Shown here piece after piece: positions 29,971 through 40,496 of a stretch of 64,000 nucleotides of DNA. The notes under the pieces are model-generated. The model saw only the letters and a list, made by a program, of their open reading frames with translations. It did not search any database and was not told the origin of the DNA. Each line of letters opens with the position of its first letter. Within the stretch, counting starts at the first letter, position 1. The DNA comes from Marispirochaeta sp. (lineage in GTDB: Bacteria; Spirochaetota; Spirochaetia; JC444; Marispirochaetaceae), in NCBI GenBank assembly GCA_963676835.2, contig CAXXFF010000004.1, positions 160,001 to 224,000 on the forward strand, written 5' to 3'. The position numbers were made by a program, and so were the translations under genes.

Positions 29971-31875
29971 TTAAACAAACAGCTTGTCGATCTTCTCCTT
30001 GTACAGCTCGGTGATAACATGACGCTTTATCTCCTGCTTTGCAGACAGCTCACGGCCTATTTCAAAACTCCTGGGGATTACGGCAAAGCGGTAGATTCTC
30101 TCATAATGCTTGAATCCGGTTTTACCGCTGACAAGTTCCTGGATCTCACCGTTAAACAGTTCATACACCTCCGGGAGTTCGAGCATATCCTCCCGGGTAA
30201 TATAGGGAATATGGTTCAGTTTGATAAACTGCTCCACCTCTTTCACGTCCGGAACTATCAGAGCCGACAGGAATTTCTGATCCTGACCGACCACCATAAC
30301 CTGTTCAATATAGGCCGATTCCCTGAGCTTGTTTTCGATGGGACCGGGTTCGATATTTTCGCCGCCGAAAAGAACGATGGTATCCTTGGCACGTCCACGG
30401 ATATCAAACTCACCATCCATAGTCCATACTCCGAGGTCTCCGGTATTCAGCCAGCCTTCAGAATCAAGCACCGCATCGGTCAAATCCTTCCTCTTGTAGT
30501 ATCCCTGCATAATCTGGGGGCCTCTTGCCAGAACAACACCTCGAACGTTGGGAGGAACATCTTTGCCCTTATCATCAACGATACGTATTTCCGTTTCCGG
30601 GAAAACATTCAGGGTAAGAGGTTTCGGCCGGAAAAAGTTCCGCACAGCCACTACTGGACCGCTTTCTGTGAGTCCGTACCCATTGAGCAGGGTTATACCT
30701 GCGGACTGAAAGAAAAGATCCACCGCGGCCGGCAGTGATCCGCCGCCTGAAACACCGGCACGGAAGCGTCCTCCCAGTTTTTTCTTGATTGCAGAAAAAA
30801 CCAGGATATCCCCGAGAAGCTTAAAGGGCAGCAAGATGAGCATGGGAAGGATTCCAACACAAATATCAACTATTCTGTTTCGATATCCAAAACGGGGCAG
30901 ACGGCCTTTTACCATATTGGAGAAGAGAGAAAACTTCCCACCCACCCAGACAAAAGTATGAAAGAGAATCCGGGTAACAACCGGCTTTGTCTGGACATTC
31001 CGGAACACACCGGCCCGGACAGACTCCCAGATTCGGGGAACTGATGCCATCCACTGGGGACGTACCGCCTGAAAATCCTGAAGCATTATTTTGCCGATGG
31101 GTTTTGAATAGGCAAGAGCACTGGCTGTTCCAATAGCCACGTACTGCACTACCCGTTCGAAAGAGTGCCACACAGGAAGAACAGAAAGCCAGATATCACC
31201 AGGCTGTATATCAACAATCTGAGGGACTCCTTTCACCTGATGCAGATAGGAACCATGAGAAAGCATAACACCCTTGGGCTCACCGGTAGTTCCGGAAGTA
31301 AAAATGATGGTAGCTACATCATCTGCCTTTCCGGTATCAACCGCTTTTTGAATCAGCTCGGGCTCATCTTTTAACAGTGCCTCGCCCAGGCCCATTATAT
31401 CCCCATAGGTATGCAGGGTTATCCCATCTGGAAGTCCGGAAAAATCCTCTTTATGGAATTCCTGATCAAGTACAATCAGATCCTTTATTTCCGGAACCAT
31501 CTCTGCGGCGCTCAGAATTTTTTCCAGCATGTCCAGGTTTTCGGCAAAAACCGTTTTACACTCGGAAAAACCAAGAATAAAACCAATTTCCTGTGCCATG
31601 GAATCCCGTCCCCGGGGGACATCTATTGCACCAAGAGATAATACCGCAAGATCGGCGACAAGCCACTCTTTTCTGTTGTCCGCAATAAGGCCAAGCCTGT
31701 CATCACGACGGACCCCGAGACTGTAGAGTCCGGCAGCAAAGGTATTTACCTCAGCATACAGTTGAGTAAAAGTTACCGGGGTAAATACACCTTTCCGGTT
31801 TTTGGAATACTGCGCAGGTGTATCGGGGTATTTATCTACAGTTGCTCTGAATAATTGTGGAATTGTTGTAAACAT
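29971..31875 (-). CDS. Long-chain fatty acid--CoA ligase
   Basis: FTSGTTGEPKG AMP-binding loop, GYGLTE, TGDLG, GRAKD. Confidence 0.93.
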   Translation of the reverse strand: MFTTIPQLFRATVDKYPDTPAQYSKNRKGVFTPVTFTQLYAEVNTFAAGLYSLGVRRDDRLGLIADNRKEWLVADLAVLSLGAIDVPRGRDSMAQEIGFILGFSECKTVFAENLDMLEKILSAAEMVPEIKDLIVLDQEFHKEDFSGLPDGITLHTYGDIMGLGEALLKDEPELIQKAVDTGKADDVATIIFTSGTTGEPKGVMLSHGSYLHQVKGVPQIVDIQPGDIWLSVLPVWHSFERVVQYVAIGTASALAYSKPIGKIMLQDFQAVRPQWMASVPRIWESVRAGVFRNVQTKPVVTRILFHTFVWVGGKFSLFSNMVKGRLPRFGYRNRIVDICVGILPMLILLPFKLLGDILVFSAIKKKLGGRFRAGVSGGGSLPAAVDLFFQSAGITLLNGYGLTESGPVVAVRNFFRPKPLTLNVFPETEIRIVDDKGKDVPPNVRGVVLARGPQIMQGYYKRKDLTDAVLDSEGWLNTGDLGVWTMDGEFDIRGRAKDTIVLFGGENIEPGPIENKLRESAYIEQVMVVGQDQKFLSALIVPDVKEVEQFIKLNHIPYITREDMLELPEVYELFNGEIQELVSGKTGFKHYERIYRFAVIPRSFEIGRELSAKQEIKRHVITELYKEKIDKLFV

Positions 31876-32025
31876 GTATCAACTATACAATGCAGTAGAA
31901 ACAAACTCAAATTAATTCGGCCGGCGGCCGAGAGAAAATCGAAAACTTTCCGCAATAATTTATTCTTATTTCTATTGCAATATTATTTACCATTGACGTA
32001 TTGTTAGTGTGATTAAGGAGCACCG

Positions 32026-32877
32026 ATGTCCATCCGGAATACACTGTTAGCATTTTTACTGATACTTTTTTCATCCTGCACAACTATCGAAAGTTTTATC
32101 AATCTGGAGAAGCCGAAAGTTACTCTGGAAAAGGTTGAGCTAACCGGTCTCGACTTTGACCGTGCGGATCTTTTGTACACATTAAATATAAAAAACAGCA
32201 ATGCCATGGGAATAAAACTGTCCAGCCTTGAATACGCCCTGAAGGTTGAAGAGGGTTCTCTGCTGCAGGGACAGATGGATCAGGGGCTTGAACTCCCCGC
32301 CGGGGGACAATCAACTATCGAAGTTCCGGTTTCGGTAGGATATAAACAGCTTCTGGAAATTGCATCATCGGCAAAAGAGAAAAGCGAAATAGCATACAGT
32401 ATAGATCTGGGGCTGGGCTTTACGGTTCCCGGATTCGGATCAATAAAAGTCCCCCTCTCCTACTCGGATAATCTGCCGGTACCCAAACTGCCTGAATTGA
32501 AAATAGCATCGTTACGGGTTAAAAAGGTAAGTCTTACCAGGATTGATATCGAACTGGATCTTCGGGTAAATAATCCCAATATTTTCTCCCTCGCCTTTAC
32601 ATCCCTCAGCTACGATTTAAATGTTGCCGGCCGCTCCTGGGTGCAGGGGAATCCTGTTCGGGATCTCAGTTTTCCCGCAGGCGGAGATGGATCAGCCATC
32701 CTGCCGATTTCATTAAATATTGTCGAGGTGGGAAGAAGCGTAGTAGATCTTCTGTCCGGAAACAAAAGCCTGGATTACCGCTTTAACGGTGATACCATAA
32801 TAGTTTCCGATTATTCTCTGCTTAAAGATTATTTCTTCAATTTTTCCAGCAGCGGAAGTGCGGAAATATTCCGCTGA
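32026..32877 (+). CDS. LEA type 2 (tandem WHy domain) lipoprotein
   Basis: Lipobox FSSC; two repeats with NPN/NSN motif. Confidence 0.85.
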   Translation: MSIRNTLLAFLLILFSSCTTIESFINLEKPKVTLEKVELTGLDFDRADLLYTLNIKNSNAMGIKLSSLEYALKVEEGSLLQGQMDQGLELPAGGQSTIEVPVSVGYKQLLEIASSAKEKSEIAYSIDLGLGFTVPGFGSIKVPLSYSDNLPVPKLPELKIASLRVKKVSLTRIDIELDLRVNNPNIFSLAFTSLSYDLNVAGRSWVQGNPVRDLSFPAGGDGSAILPISLNIVEVGRSVVDLLSGNKSLDYRFNGDTIIVSDYSLLKDYFFNFSSSGSAEIFR

Positions 32878-32880
32878 TAA

Positions 32881-33585
32881 TCAATAAGCTCCGCCCCTGC
32901 GGGTGGAGCGGTATCGTCCTGATCCGGAATTGCGGGTAACAAGATAAGACAAGAGAAAAAACTCAAATAGAGCAGCTCCGCCGAAAACAAGAGCCCAGAC
33001 AGTTGAACTGCCAGGCCAGACAGAGGCAATACGGGAAATCTCAGAGACATGTCCGGAGGGCAGAATTAAATCCCCGCGAATATCGAATATAAAATAGAAA
33101 ACTCCCAGAAGCCCGATATATTTAAGCACAAGATCATTGATAAACCCGGGAAGGAGGAATCCTACGAGGAAAAGTGCCACCCCGAAAATAACTGCATAAA
33201 TCAGCGAACTCCCTCCGGAAGCGAAGATAAGAGATAGGGCAACAAGCCCGACCCCGATAATCATGGTGAACAGTTTATCAAACCTGAACACCGAGGAGAG
33301 AAGAAACACAACTCCCCCAAGAATCATGGCTCCAATATAGCCGGCCGCAACGGATAAACCGGAGTGACCATTCTGAAGGGTAAAATGAAACCCGCTTTGA
33401 ATATCCGCACTTACCGAGACAACCCGTCCGCCGGTAAGCACCGCAGTAAGAGCCTTCCCGCACTCATACATAAGGTCCGAAAGGATTCTCACCGGCAGCA
33501 GCGCTGAAAGATCCCAAAAGAACCATGAGACACCCAGAAGAATCAGAAGAAGAAAAACATTTAACGGTGATACTTTATTCTGCAT
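32881..33585 (-). CDS. Peptidase M50B-like membrane protein, catalytic motif degenerate
   Basis: ...GKALTAVLTGG.V and AAGYIG M50B pattern; HExxH replaced by YECGK. Confidence 0.7.
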   Translation of the reverse strand: MQNKVSPLNVFLLLILLGVSWFFWDLSALLPVRILSDLMYECGKALTAVLTGGRVVSVSADIQSGFHFTLQNGHSGLSVAAGYIGAMILGGVVFLLSSVFRFDKLFTMIIGVGLVALSLIFASGGSSLIYAVIFGVALFLVGFLLPGFINDLVLKYIGLLGVFYFIFDIRGDLILPSGHVSEISRIASVWPGSSTVWALVFGGAALFEFFLLSYLVTRNSGSGRYRSTRRGGAY

Positions 33586-33690
33586 AGGAAACCCTCTTTA
33601 ACTCTTTACCTTATTACACCCGACTTTAATGAACAGCATACCCTTCGCCGGTGGGGTTTGCAACATAAAGATTTTATATTTTTCCGGAGA

Positions 33691-34893
33691 TCAGCGGATA
33701 TTCTGTAAAATACTTAAGACCATATCTTTAATGGATAAGAATATTTCCACCAGTTCCGGGTCAAACTGTTTACCCGCTTTGTTTTTCAGATAAAGAAAAG
33801 CGGAATCCGGATCCCAGGCTTCCTTATAACTGCGGGGAGAAACAAGAGCATCAAAAACATCAGCAATGGCAACAATTCTGCCGGACAGGGGAATCTCTTT
33901 TTCCATAAGCCCCGGGCCGGATGGAAGAGTATCGGTAAATATATTATCCAGTTTGCCGGGGTACCCATTACCGTCCCATCGTTCATGGTGGCTGAGGGCA
34001 ACCTCAAATGCAACCTTATCCCAGACAGAACTTCTTTTATGAAAAAGCCGTGCCCCAAGGATAGTGTGCCAGACCATGGCCTTTTTATCCTCGTCGGAAA
34101 ATTCCTCTGTCTGAGTCAGTACCGAACTGGAGAGGGCGACTTTGCCGATATCATGGAGAAGCGCCCCCAGACGCAGGGCCTCTTTCCCGCGGTTTCGTTG
34201 TGACAGGGATGTGCCGTTCTTTATTCCGTATGCATCAAAGAGGGCTGCCGAATATTCTCCTACACGGCGGGTATGCATGGTGCTTTCGTGGGGGTCCCGC
34301 AACTGGGCAACTTCCACCAGCCGAAGAACCATATCTTTCGCAAACTCAACCTTCTCCAGAGCCAGGGACGCATGCTGGGCAAAATAGGAAATAAAAAGCC
34401 TGTCCTGCTGGGAAAACGGGATTGTACTCCCTGCACTGTCCCGGGCATTTATCAGCTGAATTACTCCAAGGATTTTTCCTTCCGAACTGTTAAGGGGAAC
34501 AGCGAGAATAGACTGGGTCCGGTAATTACTCTGCTTGTCAAACCAGGGATTGAACTGAAAAGAAACCTCCCCGGGAAGTTCATAAACATCATCAATAAGC
34601 AGACTTTGTCCGGATGTTGCAACAAAGCCGGCGATTGATCCCGGATCCGCAGGAATACTTCTGGTTGTGTACAGGTATTTATCATCCTGATGCCCGCGCT
34701 TGAAAAGTGTCTCATTTTCAATATAGGCAAAGTAGAGCTCATTGCCCTTGAGGTTATACAATGTACCGGCATCGGCATTCACAAAAATCCTGGCTTCATG
34801 CAGGATATTTTCCAGAAGAACATCTGAATCTTTATAGGAGTGAAGCTTTTCAATTATCCGCAGCAGTGCCCCTGCGTCTTTTTTTCCCGACAT
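33691..34893 (-). CDS. GAF + HD-GYP phosphodiesterase
   Basis: GAF domain; LHDIGK, HHERWDGNGYP, ADVFDAL, RSYK. Confidence 0.92.
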   Translation of the reverse strand: MSGKKDAGALLRIIEKLHSYKDSDVLLENILHEARIFVNADAGTLYNLKGNELYFAYIENETLFKRGHQDDKYLYTTRSIPADPGSIAGFVATSGQSLLIDDVYELPGEVSFQFNPWFDKQSNYRTQSILAVPLNSSEGKILGVIQLINARDSAGSTIPFSQQDRLFISYFAQHASLALEKVEFAKDMVLRLVEVAQLRDPHESTMHTRRVGEYSAALFDAYGIKNGTSLSQRNRGKEALRLGALLHDIGKVALSSSVLTQTEEFSDEDKKAMVWHTILGARLFHKRSSVWDKVAFEVALSHHERWDGNGYPGKLDNIFTDTLPSGPGLMEKEIPLSGRIVAIADVFDALVSPRSYKEAWDPDSAFLYLKNKAGKQFDPELVEIFLSIKDMVLSILQNIR

Positions 34894-34972
34894 ATATACT
34901 AACCAGTATAGTCAGAAAACAGAAAAAGACAAAACACTTTACCTTTTTCCGAACTTACCTTTTTACATGCGT

Positions 34973-37789
34973 TTACCCAGGGACGGTAAGAGTTCCACGG
35001 GGAAATATTTTTTCACACTCTGTCTCCAGATTGCGGATTTCAGCCAGGAAAAGGGTATGTTTTTCCTTACACACAGTTAGCTGTTCCTGCCGGGCAAGTT
35101 GTTCAAGTTTGGCGCAGCATGCTCCCAGACTGAGGGCCGAGACCGTATACGCGCCCCCCTTGATTGCATGATATTCCCTGTGAAGCGCCTTGGCATCCTG
35201 TCTTTCAAGAGCATCAGCTACCCGTTCGATCCGTGGTTTCGTATCGGCAAGAAAGCCGCCGAGGAATTCCCGGATAAGCAGGGTATTCCCGCTGAAATCT
35301 GTACTCAGCTGCTGATAATCCAGAACCTCCGGAGCCCCTTCTGCGCGAACCTCATCTTCAGAAATTATTTCTGCCCCGGAGAGCTTCAGCTGATCTGCAA
35401 TGGCCTGCACCAACTGAATACGCTTGTAGGGCTTAATAAGAACTCCATTCATACCTGCTTCCCGGTAGGTGGCAAATTCCTCCCTGAAGGCATTGGCGGT
35501 TACAGCAATTACGGGAGTAACAATTCCCCGGGCCCGCAGCTGCCGGGTTGTTTCCCGTCCGTCTATTCCAGGCATGGAGATATCCATAAGAATGACATCG
35601 AAGGACTTTCTCGAAAGAAGATCAAGGGCAGCACCACCATTCTCCACGCAATCCACCGGGCAGGAAAGAGAGTGAAGATGATACTCAAGCATACGCAGGT
35701 TGGTGGGATAATCATCTACGGCAAGAACTCTGCATCCGCTGATCAGGTCATAAAAGTCGGAAGAGTCGGCAACAACTACCACCGGATCGGCTGATGATTC
35801 TGTCTGAGCCTGCAGGAGATTCACCTGAACCGTAAACTCCGACCCCACCCCCAGGGTACTGCGAACATCCAGGGAACCTCCCATTTTATCGATAATCAAC
35901 TTGGAAATAGCCGTTCCCAGACCGAAGCCGCCCACAGACCGGGTCCGTCCTTCTTCAATCTGATAAAATTTATCAAACAGACGGGAAAGATGTTTTTCGT
36001 CAATTCCAACGCCGGTATCCTTTATGGTAAATGCAAAAAGCAGAATGTCACCGTCTATATTAAGCAGCTCCGCAGTAAGAGACACACTGCCGTCTTCAGT
36101 ATATTTTATTCCATTATCAACAAGGTTGATCAGAACCTGCCGCAGCCGGATGGCATCACCTATTACCGTTCGGGGCAGTTCTTCCGGAATATTTATCTGA
36201 AGCTCCAGTCCTTTGCGCAGGGCCTTACGGGCAAGCATCTCGCCGATGGAGGTGATAAGAGCTGTCAGATCAAAGGGCTCTTCTACAAGATCAAGCCGGC
36301 CGGCCTCAATCTTTGAAATATCCAACAATTCATCAATCAGTTCGGTCAGCCTTTTTGATTCATCAACAATAAGACCGGCGAACTGCCGGTTATTGCCTTC
36401 GGAAAGTTTATCATGGAGGGCCTCCCCAAATCCCATAATTGCGTTAAGAGGCGTTCTCATTTCATGACTAACATTGGCAAGAAACTCCGTTTTTGCGCGG
36501 TTGGCGGACTCTGCCTGCATGGTGGCGCTGTCGAGTTCTGCAGTGCGCTCCCGGACAAGATCTTCCACCTGGGCAGTGTAGGACTCAAGATCTGCCCTGG
36601 CCCGCATGGTCCGCAGAGCAAGGGAGGTAAAAATGGAAATATTAAAAACAAAGAGACCGATACCCTGGAGCCACATTACCGGGGCAAAATAATAGGGTTT
36701 AAAAAGATCAAAGGTCTTGAAGAGGACAAAGCCTATATCGTGTAAAGCGAAAACTGCCGCAATGGTAATTCCGAAGAAAACCGCCTTGGCATCCGGATTA
36801 TGGGAACGGAATGCCTTCCAGTTGATCCAGAAAACAAACACAACCATGGGCATAAGAAAAAGCAGCAACTTGCTGAAAAGTGAATATACCTGCCCCTGTC
36901 TTTCAAAAGGAACCAGTAAAAGAATAGATGCCAGAATTGCTCCCCAGGCAATAATCGACCAGCGAATCTTCCTGGTATTGTAGATATTGTAGTAAGAAAT
37001 AAAAGCAGTGGTGAAAAAACTCAAGCCCAGAGGAAGAGCTGCTTTAGATATGGTGAAACTGAGAAAATGAGACAGAAAAAGTGGCTCATAGGCCATACGG
37101 TAAAAGTAAACAGCAAAGAGCGCATTGGCTGCGGTAAAAAACAGATGAAAGAACTCTTTTCTGCGGACCAGAAAATAGAGAAAGGTAAAATAGGTCATGA
37201 AAATACTGAAAAAGGTATAAAGCTGTCCGTTAAAGAAATTGATATACTCCGGTGAAATATGGTTTGATAGGCCATTCTCTCGTGCAAGCATCATATTTCT
37301 GATATAAATCTCCCGGTCAGCGGAGACAGTCAGATAAACAGTTATTTCATTAACCTTATCAAAGCTGAAATCCTTTCTTCTCAGGGTTTTATACACCATA
37401 CCGTCAGCCGAGCCGCTGCCGTTGAAGGGACCGATAGCCTTGCCGTTGAGCACTATGCGGACACTCTCTGCGGCGGGAAACTTAAGCACAAACCGGGGGA
37501 CAAAGCGAAAATCCCGGGGCATAAAAAAGCGCCCATGCTGCTGGAACTGAATCAGCTCCGTTTCTTCCGCTGGAAAACTCAGCAGATCACCGGTTCGCAA
37601 TAACTTAACCCCCGGAGTCTGATCAGTCCGGACTGCCCAGACATCCGTAAGAGGCTGAAAGTGTTCAAGTACACCGACATTTGCAGCCGGCAGCTCCTGC
37701 CCCTGAAGGGGGGAAAAACCTGCCAGACCAAACAGAAGAGTCATTAACAGTACTTTAGTCCTTTCACCCTTACTTACATGTAAAACCAT
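34973..37789 (-). CDS. 7TM sensor hybrid histidine kinase with REC and Hpt
   Basis: 7 TM segments, SHEMRTPLN, receiver ILMDISMP, Hpt HAIKG. Confidence 0.92.
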   Translation of the reverse strand: MVLHVSKGERTKVLLMTLLFGLAGFSPLQGQELPAANVGVLEHFQPLTDVWAVRTDQTPGVKLLRTGDLLSFPAEETELIQFQQHGRFFMPRDFRFVPRFVLKFPAAESVRIVLNGKAIGPFNGSGSADGMVYKTLRRKDFSFDKVNEITVYLTVSADREIYIRNMMLARENGLSNHISPEYINFFNGQLYTFFSIFMTYFTFLYFLVRRKEFFHLFFTAANALFAVYFYRMAYEPLFLSHFLSFTISKAALPLGLSFFTTAFISYYNIYNTRKIRWSIIAWGAILASILLLVPFERQGQVYSLFSKLLLFLMPMVVFVFWINWKAFRSHNPDAKAVFFGITIAAVFALHDIGFVLFKTFDLFKPYYFAPVMWLQGIGLFVFNISIFTSLALRTMRARADLESYTAQVEDLVRERTAELDSATMQAESANRAKTEFLANVSHEMRTPLNAIMGFGEALHDKLSEGNNRQFAGLIVDESKRLTELIDELLDISKIEAGRLDLVEEPFDLTALITSIGEMLARKALRKGLELQINIPEELPRTVIGDAIRLRQVLINLVDNGIKYTEDGSVSLTAELLNIDGDILLFAFTIKDTGVGIDEKHLSRLFDKFYQIEEGRTRSVGGFGLGTAISKLIIDKMGGSLDVRSTLGVGSEFTVQVNLLQAQTESSADPVVVVADSSDFYDLISGCRVLAVDDYPTNLRMLEYHLHSLSCPVDCVENGGAALDLLSRKSFDVILMDISMPGIDGRETTRQLRARGIVTPVIAVTANAFREEFATYREAGMNGVLIKPYKRIQLVQAIADQLKLSGAEIISEDEVRAEGAPEVLDYQQLSTDFSGNTLLIREFLGGFLADTKPRIERVADALERQDAKALHREYHAIKGGAYTVSALSLGACCAKLEQLARQEQLTVCKEKHTLFLAEIRNLETECEKIFPRGTLTVPG

Positions 37790-37883
37790 TTGCCAAATCC
37801 TACCGCAGATTTACGCAGGGGTCAAACCTGCAAAACAACAGCCTCTTTACTTAACACCGCAGTTCACGCACAATCATTTTAGC

Positions 37884-38840
37884 ATGCCAGATTCACCACT
37901 GAGTACAGAATTATCCCAGACTTCCTTCTACGGCTTCGGAACAGCAGCGTTCCGGCAGGGAGAAAATGCATCTCAGACAGAGAAGGAATATTTCAGTGTA
38001 CTCGATACCGCCATTGGCCATGGCTGCCGCCATATAGATACTGCCGCCGCCTATTCCAACGGGTACAGTGAAACAGTTATTGGAAAGTTCTTAAAACGCA
38101 GAAACGGTGTAAGGGAAAACCTTATAGTTGCCAGCAAAGGCGGTATGAAAGGAAAGAGTCTGAATTTTCTAAAGACCCTGGACGGGAGCAGGCGCAGGCT
38201 CAATTGCGGTGTAATTGATATATATTATATTCACTGGCCGGTGCAGGGACTTGATCCACGTTACAGTCTTGATGCTCTTTTTGAGGCAAAGGAAAAGGGA
38301 TGGATCCGCTACACCGGCCTCTCCAATTTTTCTCTAAAGGAGTTGCAGGCAGCCAGCGTGCACTGCCCCATCGATATCTGTCAATTTGCCTATAATCTTA
38401 TCTGGAGACAGGCAGAGGAAGAGCTTATACCGTTCTGCAGAAGTAAGGGTATTATCACCGCGGGCTATGCCCCCCTTGCCCAGGGTGTTCTGTCCGGCAG
38501 CCAGATGAGAGGAACAACTCTGCCTGAGGAAGACCATCGGAGGCTGACTCTTTTTTATAACCCTGCTTATTCAGAGTGCATCTCGACAATCCTGAATGCA
38601 CTGAAAAAGGTGGAACGGAAATCCGGAATCCCCCTGAAACTGGCCGCCAGAGAGTGGCTGAAGAGCGCTGGACAGGTAGATACTGCAGTTATCGGGGCAA
38701 GCAGCCGAAAGCAGGCGGATGAAAACTTTCTGCCCCAGCCGGAGCTGTCTCAAACAGTACTGGCATCTTTTCAGGAAGCGGCTGAAAAAAGTACCAACTG
38801 CCTGAAAGGACAGGAGAGTATTTATCTGAGCAGACCTTGA
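37884..38840 (+). CDS. Aldo/keto reductase
   Basis: IDTAAAY, ASKG, IHWP, GLSNF motifs. Confidence 0.92.
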   Translation: MPDSPLSTELSQTSFYGFGTAAFRQGENASQTEKEYFSVLDTAIGHGCRHIDTAAAYSNGYSETVIGKFLKRRNGVRENLIVASKGGMKGKSLNFLKTLDGSRRRLNCGVIDIYYIHWPVQGLDPRYSLDALFEAKEKGWIRYTGLSNFSLKELQAASVHCPIDICQFAYNLIWRQAEEELIPFCRSKGIITAGYAPLAQGVLSGSQMRGTTLPEEDHRRLTLFYNPAYSECISTILNALKKVERKSGIPLKLAAREWLKSAGQVDTAVIGASSRKQADENFLPQPELSQTVLASFQEAAEKSTNCLKGQESIYLSRP

Positions 38841-38841
38841 A

Positions 38842-40083
38842 CTACTCTTCGTCGGCGTATTTTTCAGCAATAGTCTGAATGGACGGCAGGGCCTCAAAAA
38901 AGATATCGATAAGCTCGGGGTCAAACTTGATGCCCCGCATCTTCCGCATCTCCTCTAAAACATCATCTTCGCTCCAGGCCTCTTTATAGACCCGTTTGGA
39001 ACGCAGTGCATCATATACATCGGCAATGGAGACAATACGTCCCCAGATGGGAATATCTTCACCCTTGCGGCCCACAGGTGTGTCACTGCCGTCGGAAGGC
39101 TTACTGGTAACAAGATCAACATACCCGGGGTAGCCTGTGCCGTCCCAGTTCTCATGATGAGTCAGGGCAATCTCCATGGCCATGTTATCCAGTTCGGAAT
39201 GGTTGTCTTCAAATAACCTGGCTCCGCTGAGGGTATGAGTTTTGATAATGTCATACTCTTCCGGAGTAAACCGGGCCGGCTTCTTTAGAATAAGATCACT
39301 GATGGCGACCTTGCCCACATCGTGAAGCATGGCGGCCATACGCAGGTTATCCCGGTTTCTCTGGATTTCCATCTCATCCAGGCCCTTGCTCATGGCCCAG
39401 CGGTCATAGATCTCCACGGCAAAACCGGCAACCCGGTTTACATGGGGTCCGGTCTCCTTTGGATCCCTGAGCTCCGCCATGCTGATCATCCTCAGCAGGA
39501 TCGCTCTGGTCATCTGGGCACGCTGGAGCGCTACGGTAACATTGGCTGCAAAGTGAGTAACCAGAATTTCATCTTCTTTGGTGAAGGAACAGATTTTATG
39601 GTCTGCTGTTACCTTGTTGATAAACTGAATAACCCCCAGGAGTTCACCATTATTGGTTTTGAGGGGGATTGTGAGCATTGAACATGAACGATAGCCGGAA
39701 ATCTCATCAAAACGGGTATTGTATCCGAAGGGTGAATCCTTCTTTATTTTGTAGACGTCCTTGATATTAAGCAGCTCGCCGGTTGCAGCCACATAGCCGG
39801 AGATCGATTTCTTATCTATGGGTATTTCAAAAAACTTGTAAATAAGCTTTTCGCCCACAGGAAGTTCTTTCTGCTGGGTTTCGTTCTGAGCATAGGAAAT
39901 GGCCAGCATCTCTCCCTTGCGGATATAGATTGACCCCGCGTCAGCCTGGACAACCCTTCTCGCCTCGGTAAGGATCCGCTCAAGAAGGATATCAACGTCC
40001 TTTATCTTGTTCAGCTCCGAATCGAGGGTAATTACATTTAACAGTTTTTCTGCATCAGCGTGGACTCTTTCCGCGCTCATCAA
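38842..40083 (-). CDS. GAF + HD-GYP phosphodiesterase
   Basis: GAF domain; RDPKETGPH, LHDVGK, HHENWDGTGYP, ADVYDAL. Confidence 0.93.
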   Translation of the reverse strand: MMSAERVHADAEKLLNVITLDSELNKIKDVDILLERILTEARRVVQADAGSIYIRKGEMLAISYAQNETQQKELPVGEKLIYKFFEIPIDKKSISGYVAATGELLNIKDVYKIKKDSPFGYNTRFDEISGYRSCSMLTIPLKTNNGELLGVIQFINKVTADHKICSFTKEDEILVTHFAANVTVALQRAQMTRAILLRMISMAELRDPKETGPHVNRVAGFAVEIYDRWAMSKGLDEMEIQRNRDNLRMAAMLHDVGKVAISDLILKKPARFTPEEYDIIKTHTLSGARLFEDNHSELDNMAMEIALTHHENWDGTGYPGYVDLVTSKPSDGSDTPVGRKGEDIPIWGRIVSIADVYDALRSKRVYKEAWSEDDVLEEMRKMRGIKFDPELIDIFFEALPSIQTIAEKYADEE

Positions 40084-40181
40084 TACACGTTTCCTTTCAG
40101 TATATATTTTTGTACCCGCATATATATAAATATACAGGACAAAATCGGTAAAGCAAATTTGATCACACTGTAATCGGGAAA

Positions 40182-40406
40182 TCAGGCACTCAATTTCTGA
40201 GCATCAAACTTAACATCCGCCTGTTCTTCGATAAGATACCCCGTTTGCAGACAAACATCAAACAGATGCCGGCTTATTCTTTCCCGGGATACCTTCTGGT
40301 CTCCATCAAGCTGCTTGATCACCAGAAGATAAATTTCATCCATTTTTTCGTCACAAATCTGTACCCAGGTCCGCCGGATATCACCTTTCACACGATAGGT
40401 TCTCAT
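40182..40406 (-). CDS. Small hypothetical protein
   Basis: 74-aa ORF with strong SD GAGGAGG. Confidence 0.7.
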   Translation of the reverse strand: MRTYRVKGDIRRTWVQICDEKMDEIYLLVIKQLDGDQKVSRERISRHLFDVCLQTGYLIEEQADVKFDAQKLSA

Positions 40407-40496
40407 TCTGTCCTCCTCTGATCAGACAAGATTGGCCGTGTCATCTCATTGCAATTTTCGACAGAAATAAAACCCGCCTTTACCCTAAAGCAAATT

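Noticed and set aside
40180..40191. AATCAGGCACTC partial match to the 24-bp repeat
   Set aside because: Only 11-12 nt, at an unrelated stop codon; compatible with chance
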